Shown one piece after another: positions 58,708 to 64,000 of a DNA stretch of 64,000 nucleotides. Source of the stretch: Sporopachydermia quercuum (lineage: Eukaryota); NCBI GenBank assembly GCA_001599295.1, contig BCGN01000007.1, positions 770,470 to 834,469 of the forward strand, read 5' to 3'. Position numbers and translations under genes: made by a program. The first letter of the stretch is position 1. Each line of letters starts with the position of its first letter. The notes under the pieces were generated by a model. That model had not been told where the DNA came from. It saw only the letters and a list, made by a program, of their open reading frames with translations, and did not search any database.

Positions 58708-59820
58708 AGGTCTGCTGAAAATCTTGGTGGATTCATATAATAATGCATGTATTATAGATATNTTGGGATGACAGGGANAGGGAAATATAGCGGTCTAATT
58801 CACTCCAGCGTTTATACAGCAAATGTATGTTCTTACTATGACCATAACTGTATAACGATACAATAAGTGAGTAGAATATAAACATAGGGATACACCTTGA
58901 GCACCCTGCTCTTACTTCCTATTTACTGAAAATGTAAGCTGGAAATGTTAATGAATAGTATTAGAAGCTATTGCAAAGAATCTGCAGATTTAGATATAAC
59001 ATTTTCTAATCACGTGATAAGTAATGAATGNGCAAAATGGTAAACTCTATTTTAAGACAGTATATTACGAGAAATTCCCCCATAACAGTCGTGGGAAAAC
59101 GGAGATGATGAAAAAGTTGGAAGGTATCATCATATCCTGTATTGCTTATCTGTATACCTCTGTTCTGTTAGACGNACTAGAATATGGTTGAATTTAGATG
59201 AAAAAAGGTAAAAAAGCAAAACAATCTTGTATCTCCCACTTAGTACTTTCAGAGTTAACATTTTATTCATTCCATATCAACACATGATTACTATAACACT
59301 ATGACTCCCCATCATACCATTCCCCTTACTCATTTATCTCACTATCATTTCCGGTTTAGCGCCTGTCAGGACAACTCCTACACTCCTCCTCGTATAAGAC
59401 ACTCTTCACTTATATCTCATCTCTTTAGTCAGGCAAGAGGGAGGACGATAAACAGACACTTAGAAACATCAAGAAAAACATGAAATTCATCTCCATTACT
59501 GATTTTGGAGACAATCTATTCATAGCAGACGTCAGTTAGGATAATTGTGTTTTCTAACACGTAGGTTAGGCAGAAGGATACACTACATACCTTTTATACA
59601 TTCAGAACTGGATGCACACTGAACAATGAGTTAGCATCAACATTTCGTCATTGTAAAGACAACCATAGCAATATAACGAAAGATTGAACTAAGGATTTCA
59701 GTAAAAAGCTGAGATATGAATTTTTATGGATGAAGATTAAAAGAACTATAGGAAAACAACAACCAATTGGTAGTGGTCTATNTCAGATTATGTGGCACTT
59801 GATTCTGTATTAGTTACACA

Positions 59821-62800
59821 ATGAGCAATTCTACTAGTGATACTGAACTTGGAGCAAAAGCAAAAATGAAGACAGAAGATACAGAGAAAACAGCGAAGCT
59901 GTCAGCTGAATATTTAGCTGTAGATAGTAGTAATTCCGAAGTTGTTCCTGAAAGTAGCTCGGAGGAAGACAAACCAGAAGACAGATCAGGAACTCTAACC
60001 GAAATAGAGACTGAACCGGAACTGACCAAGAAAGGAAGCTTACAGTTGGAAAACGGCAGAAATACAAGTATGCAAGGCAAGACGGAATCGGAAACTTCTG
60101 CCGCAGAGGAAGAAGTTACTGGAACAAATCCCAAATCTGAACCGGAATCTGAAACCCAACCTGAATCGANTGATCAGGAAACCCAGCCAGGTGATAATGA
60201 GGAATTAGATAATGAAGCCGAAGATGAATCAGATGCTTCTGATGCTTTAACCTCATCATCTGATTCGTCTTCAGCTTCATCCNCGGCTTCTATTGTGGAA
60301 CCTAGATTAAAATACACCCGCCTTACATCTCTTCCACCATCGTTTTTCACACGAGATCCCGTGTCCGCCTGCTTGATCCACGAGTCAATTTTTGCTTTTG
60401 GAACGCACTCTGGTACCTTACATCTAATGAAACCAGATATGACACCCATAAGGACAGTAAAGGTCCACCGAGCTTCTATTTTATCTATATCTACCGACGG
60501 ACATTACATTGCCTCAGCTTCAATAGATGGGACAGTGGTCATTGGGTCCATCAATGACCCATATGATATTATCGCTAGCGATTTTAAGCGTCCTATACAT
60601 AGCATAGCTTTAGACCCAAATTACCGTACAACTAAAGCATTTATTTCCGGTGGGATGGCGGGAAAAGTTGTATACTCTCAGAGATCCTGGATGGGATCCC
60701 GAACGGACACTACGATTTACGCAACGGATGACCCAATTGTTGGCGTCGTCTGGAATTCGGATGATTTGATTATGTGGATGTGTGATTCTGGAATTCATGT
60801 TTTCAGCTTGAATATGAGGAATACAATCCTGGTTATTCCGAGACCTTCCGGTTCCCCGAGATCCGATTTATACTGGCCAAATACTCATTTTGCAGAAACA
60901 AATTTGGTCCTAGTAGCGTGGGGTGATAGAATATGGAGTATACGAATAACCAATGTTGCGCAATCTGAATCTGCTTACAGTAGAATTTCTTCTGCAGCAT
61001 CATTCCGTGCTCCGCCAACAGAAAAAAAAGCTGCTGTGGAAAAACTACTACAGGTTGACTCTCTCGTCGCAGGAATTGCATCTTTAAGCGATGATATGAT
61101 CATGCTTTTAACTTATCTTCCGCCGCGCAAATCTCGTAGACGAGGAAGAAGTAAAGCAGTTCCACCGGAACTACGACTTGTTAGATTAGACACAGGAGAA
61201 GAAGTATCAGCTGATCAGTTAACGCTCACCGGTTATGAATCTCTTGGATTAAATGATTACCATTTAGGTCAATATATGGGTGATAGCTCAAAGGATAAAA
61301 AGTTCTTTATAGTGTCTGCACGTGATGGAATAATAGCACGAGAACGAGATATACATGATAAACTGAAATGGCTACTACAGCAGGAGAAGTTTGTAGCTGC
61401 TTGGGAAATGTGTGGGAACATTGTAGATAGTGATAGACGTCGTGAAATAGGCATTCAGGCTGTTGATAAGCTTATTCAACGATCTGAATGGCAAGAAGCA
61501 GCTGAATTCTTATCTAAAGTGTTGGGGGAGAGTCGCGATACAGAAGTAGACAAAGAACAGGGAGAAGGATTGGGACAAAAGTTATTTGATAGGAAAGAAC
61601 CAAACAAAACATTATCTGATACCTCTTCTGAGAGAGATACCAGATTGGGTCACAACATAACAAGTAATATGTCCATTNCTGATTACCCTAACATTATTAA
61701 GGAAGAGTGGGAGCGATGGATTTGGATCTTTATACATTCAAAACACATCAAAGAAATAGGCTCAGTTTTGCCTACCGATCCTAATCTATTACTGGATATT
61801 TCGATCTATAATTTGGTCTTGAAATACTATTTATCTAATAACTACACCCTACAGTTCTTAGATGCTATCTCCTCATGGGACAGAAGCTTGTATGATAGCA
61901 ATAGCATCAAACTATTACTCGAAGAGAAAGTTGGAGTAGAAAACGATGCAGAACTACGGAAATGTTTAGTTCAACTATATATTGATACAGGACAACCGAC
62001 GTTAGCTGTGCCACATTTGATGAAGCTTAAGGATAATAACCTATTATCATTCTTAAAGCAGTATCACTTGCTATCTACATTTTCAGATAAACTGCCTGAG
62101 ATCCTTTCGATGAATGTTGAAGGATTAAGTGATAATATAGAAGACAATGTGAATACAAACTCGGAAAAACCATCAGAACATATCTCTCCTACTTTCGAGA
62201 ATTCTAACGTTCCATTATCATCACCATCGTCAGTAGCAGAAATTCAGGCTCAAATCGAACCGTACATCAACATCCTCATTGATGCCAAACATGAACTTAT
62301 ACCTAGTAAAGCCATAGAAATTCTTCAGTCAGCAAGCAAAAAAGATCATAAGTATCATGCTCTGTTGTATATTTACATTGAAAAGCTCTCTAAAGTGGAG
62401 CCTTTTTTAACAAGAGGCTTAGGAAATCTGCAACTACAATTATACGCTGAATTCAATCGCCAGAAGCTTTTGGAATTCATCAAACGTGGAAATGTATATT
62501 TTGACATCGAACAGGCTATCAAAGTATGCGAAAAGAACCATTTCACACAAGAGTTAGTATATCTTTTAGGCAAAGTAGGTCAGAATAAAAAAGCTCTAAT
62601 GCTGATTATAGATGAACTTGGCGATCCTGAGCAAGCTATTGCGTTTGCTCATAACCAGAAGGATAAAGACTTATGGCAAGATTTAATAAGTTACAGTATG
62701 GACAAACCTAAGTTTATTAAAGCATTGATTGATCATGCTGGTGGAGGGATTGATGCTCTTGAAGTAATCAATGGTATTCAAGACGGCCAAGAGATTCCTG

Positions 62801-63147
62801 GACTGAAAAGCACCTTGCAAGAAATTTGTCAGAAGTATGAATTAGAGCTTAATACTAATAGTACTATTTTACAAGTAATCAAAACAGATGTACTAGCAAT
62901 AGGACAAGAACTAAGATCTATCAGGCAGAAAGGATTCAGTTTTGACGAGGAAAAATGGATTAATGAATATGGAGAAGATGANACTGTTGTCAAGGACTCT
63001 TCAGGNAATGAGATGACAGAAATGGCATTGCTAGGTGAGAATTATGTGTGGAATAAAGGAGAAGTAAGAGACAGAGACAATTTAGGATATAAAATTCAGC
63101 ATCTAAAGTACTTGATTGAAAGGTTGAATGTTACGAAAGGAAGGTAG
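59821..63147 (+). CDS. VPS41: HOPS complex subunit Vps41
   Basis: Acidic N-terminus, then EPRLKYTRL, FAFGTHSG, ASASIDGTV, DFKRPIHSIALDPNY, FISGGMAG, LGLNDYHL and a clathrin-repeat-like region (LYAEFNR.KLL.F, ELVYLLGKVGQNKKAL.LI, DLWQDLISYS.DKP.FI). Confidence 0.95.
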   Translation: MSNSTSDTELGAKAKMKTEDTEKTAKLSAEYLAVDSSNSEVVPESSSEEDKPEDRSGTLTEIETEPELTKKGSLQLENGRNTSMQGKTESETSAAEEEVTGTNPKSEPESETQPESXDQETQPGDNEELDNEAEDESDASDALTSSSDSSSASSXASIVEPRLKYTRLTSLPPSFFTRDPVSACLIHESIFAFGTHSGTLHLMKPDMTPIRTVKVHRASILSISTDGHYIASASIDGTVVIGSINDPYDIIASDFKRPIHSIALDPNYRTTKAFISGGMAGKVVYSQRSWMGSRTDTTIYATDDPIVGVVWNSDDLIMWMCDSGIHVFSLNMRNTILVIPRPSGSPRSDLYWPNTHFAETNLVLVAWGDRIWSIRITNVAQSESAYSRISSAASFRAPPTEKKAAVEKLLQVDSLVAGIASLSDDMIMLLTYLPPRKSRRRGRSKAVPPELRLVRLDTGEEVSADQLTLTGYESLGLNDYHLGQYMGDSSKDKKFFIVSARDGIIARERDIHDKLKWLLQQEKFVAAWEMCGNIVDSDRRREIGIQAVDKLIQRSEWQEAAEFLSKVLGESRDTEVDKEQGEGLGQKLFDRKEPNKTLSDTSSERDTRLGHNITSNMSIXDYPNIIKEEWERWIWIFIHSKHIKEIGSVLPTDPNLLLDISIYNLVLKYYLSNNYTLQFLDAISSWDRSLYDSNSIKLLLEEKVGVENDAELRKCLVQLYIDTGQPTLAVPHLMKLKDNNLLSFLKQYHLLSTFSDKLPEILSMNVEGLSDNIEDNVNTNSEKPSEHISPTFENSNVPLSSPSSVAEIQAQIEPYINILIDAKHELIPSKAIEILQSASKKDHKYHALLYIYIEKLSKVEPFLTRGLGNLQLQLYAEFNRQKLLEFIKRGNVYFDIEQAIKVCEKNHFTQELVYLLGKVGQNKKALMLIIDELGDPEQAIAFAHNQKDKDLWQDLISYSMDKPKFIKALIDHAGGGIDALEVINGIQDGQEIPGLKSTLQEICQKYELELNTNSTILQVIKTDVLAIGQELRSIRQKGFSFDEEKWINEYGEDXTVVKDSSXNEMTEMALLGENYVWNKGEVRDRDNLGYKIQHLKYLIERLNVTKGR

Positions 63148-63280
63148 ATAATATAATAGTTTCAAACTAATATAAATATTAGTATAGGTAGCCTTAGGAT
63201 GTAAAAACGTAATAGTAACAGAACTTCTCAGGTCTCTGCAGGACCCATCCATCACCCATTACATAAAAATTCCTACAATC

Positions 63281-63300
63281 AAAAAAAAAAAAAAAAAAAA
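63281..63300 (+). repeat. poly(A)20 tract downstream of VPS41
   Basis: 20 consecutive A. Confidence 0.95.
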
Positions 63301-64000
63301 ACCAGAATTACCAAACATATTATAGATAAACTCATATATTAACTATACGGAGTCCATATTTCTATTCCTAATAATTAAACATAGTATATATAAAGAAAAT
63401 TTCATCTAATATAATAAATAAACCAGAGATCACATCATACATTATCAATACAACTCACATCATCTAATTGGTTTCTTTGAATAAGTATAGTTGAACAGAA
63501 AAAAGGGAATTTCGTTAAATGAATGAGAATCAAGCTTTTAAGAAGATAACTATTGATTTGAGCTGATTAGAATGATGAAAGTAAGATCTCATGCAAGAAC
63601 TGGTAGAGCCTCTAGTAAAACATAAGTCTAATAGCAATGAGAACACTATCACCCATTGAACCTTTAATCATTAGATGTATCACAGAGCAAGACATCAGAA
63701 AAGAATCAAATGAGTAACCTCAAAACATCAAACTTCGCTAGTTAAGCATTTATTCTCTTCATATAAAATCTTGCTTAAATATATGATAATATATTGGTAA
63801 TCAGCAATAGCTCAGACGTACTAATAGCAATCAAACATGTTGTAATCTAATCATAGATATATCACCAAATACCAAAGAATCAGATACCTCTAACATAGTT
63901 AATGTTGCATATGAAAAATACAATTAGTAATAGTGCGACTCTTAGAATGAACAACTTAAAAGCTTCTAGTATGCAAACAGCCTTCAACGGTTCGTCGCGA

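Noticed and set aside
59009..59020. TCACGTG sites (also ~1437, ~20274, ~24524, ~33446, ~53727) as point-centromere CDEI
   Set aside because: No adjacent very AT-rich CDEII or CDEIII is visible. Dispersed Cbf1/bHLH E-boxes are common in yeast promoters.
1..64000. CRISPR arrays, LTR retrotransposons, DNA transposases, rRNA
   Set aside because: The context is eukaryotic. No repeat-spacer arrays, long direct repeats, RT/integrase/transposase motifs or rRNA sequence were recognised.

Overview
Eukaryotic, AT-rich budding-yeast (Saccharomycotina-like) genomic DNA. It has short GT(A/T)GT...CTAAC/TTAAC...YAG introns. It uses the standard code, since CTG encodes invariant Leu in ABC motifs such as NLDPF and RQLLAL. 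The left ~44 kb is gene-sparse and accessory-type: the 3' end of a GPI-anchored flocculin-repeat wall protein, a YOR1-type ABCC exporter, a flavohemoglobin with an apparent mitochondrial presequence, and then a ~28.5 kb island of nine consecutive nutrient-utilisation genes in three modules. Module A is a HOL1-like MFS, a fructosyl-amino-acid oxidase and a Zn2Cys6 regulator. Module B is a sorbitol/xylitol-type dehydrogenase, a transaldolase-fold protein and an STL1-like sugar porter. Module C is a LAC12/CDT-like porter, an intracellular GH3 beta-glucosidase and a Zn2Cys6 regulator. The right ~20 kb is housekeeping: COG3 (5 exons), RRP8, tRNA-Ser(GCU), HIU hydrolase, a greatly enlarged STN1-like gene and VPS41. 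The most striking item is the module B 'transaldolase'. It has fructose-6-phosphate-aldolase-type catalytic residues (Gln/Tyr, TLGT) and has lost the phosphate-binding residues. This suggests a phosphate-independent ketose aldolase and a kinase-free polyol -> ketose -> dihydroxyacetone + aldehyde pathway. All family assignments come from motif recognition by eye; no database search was run.
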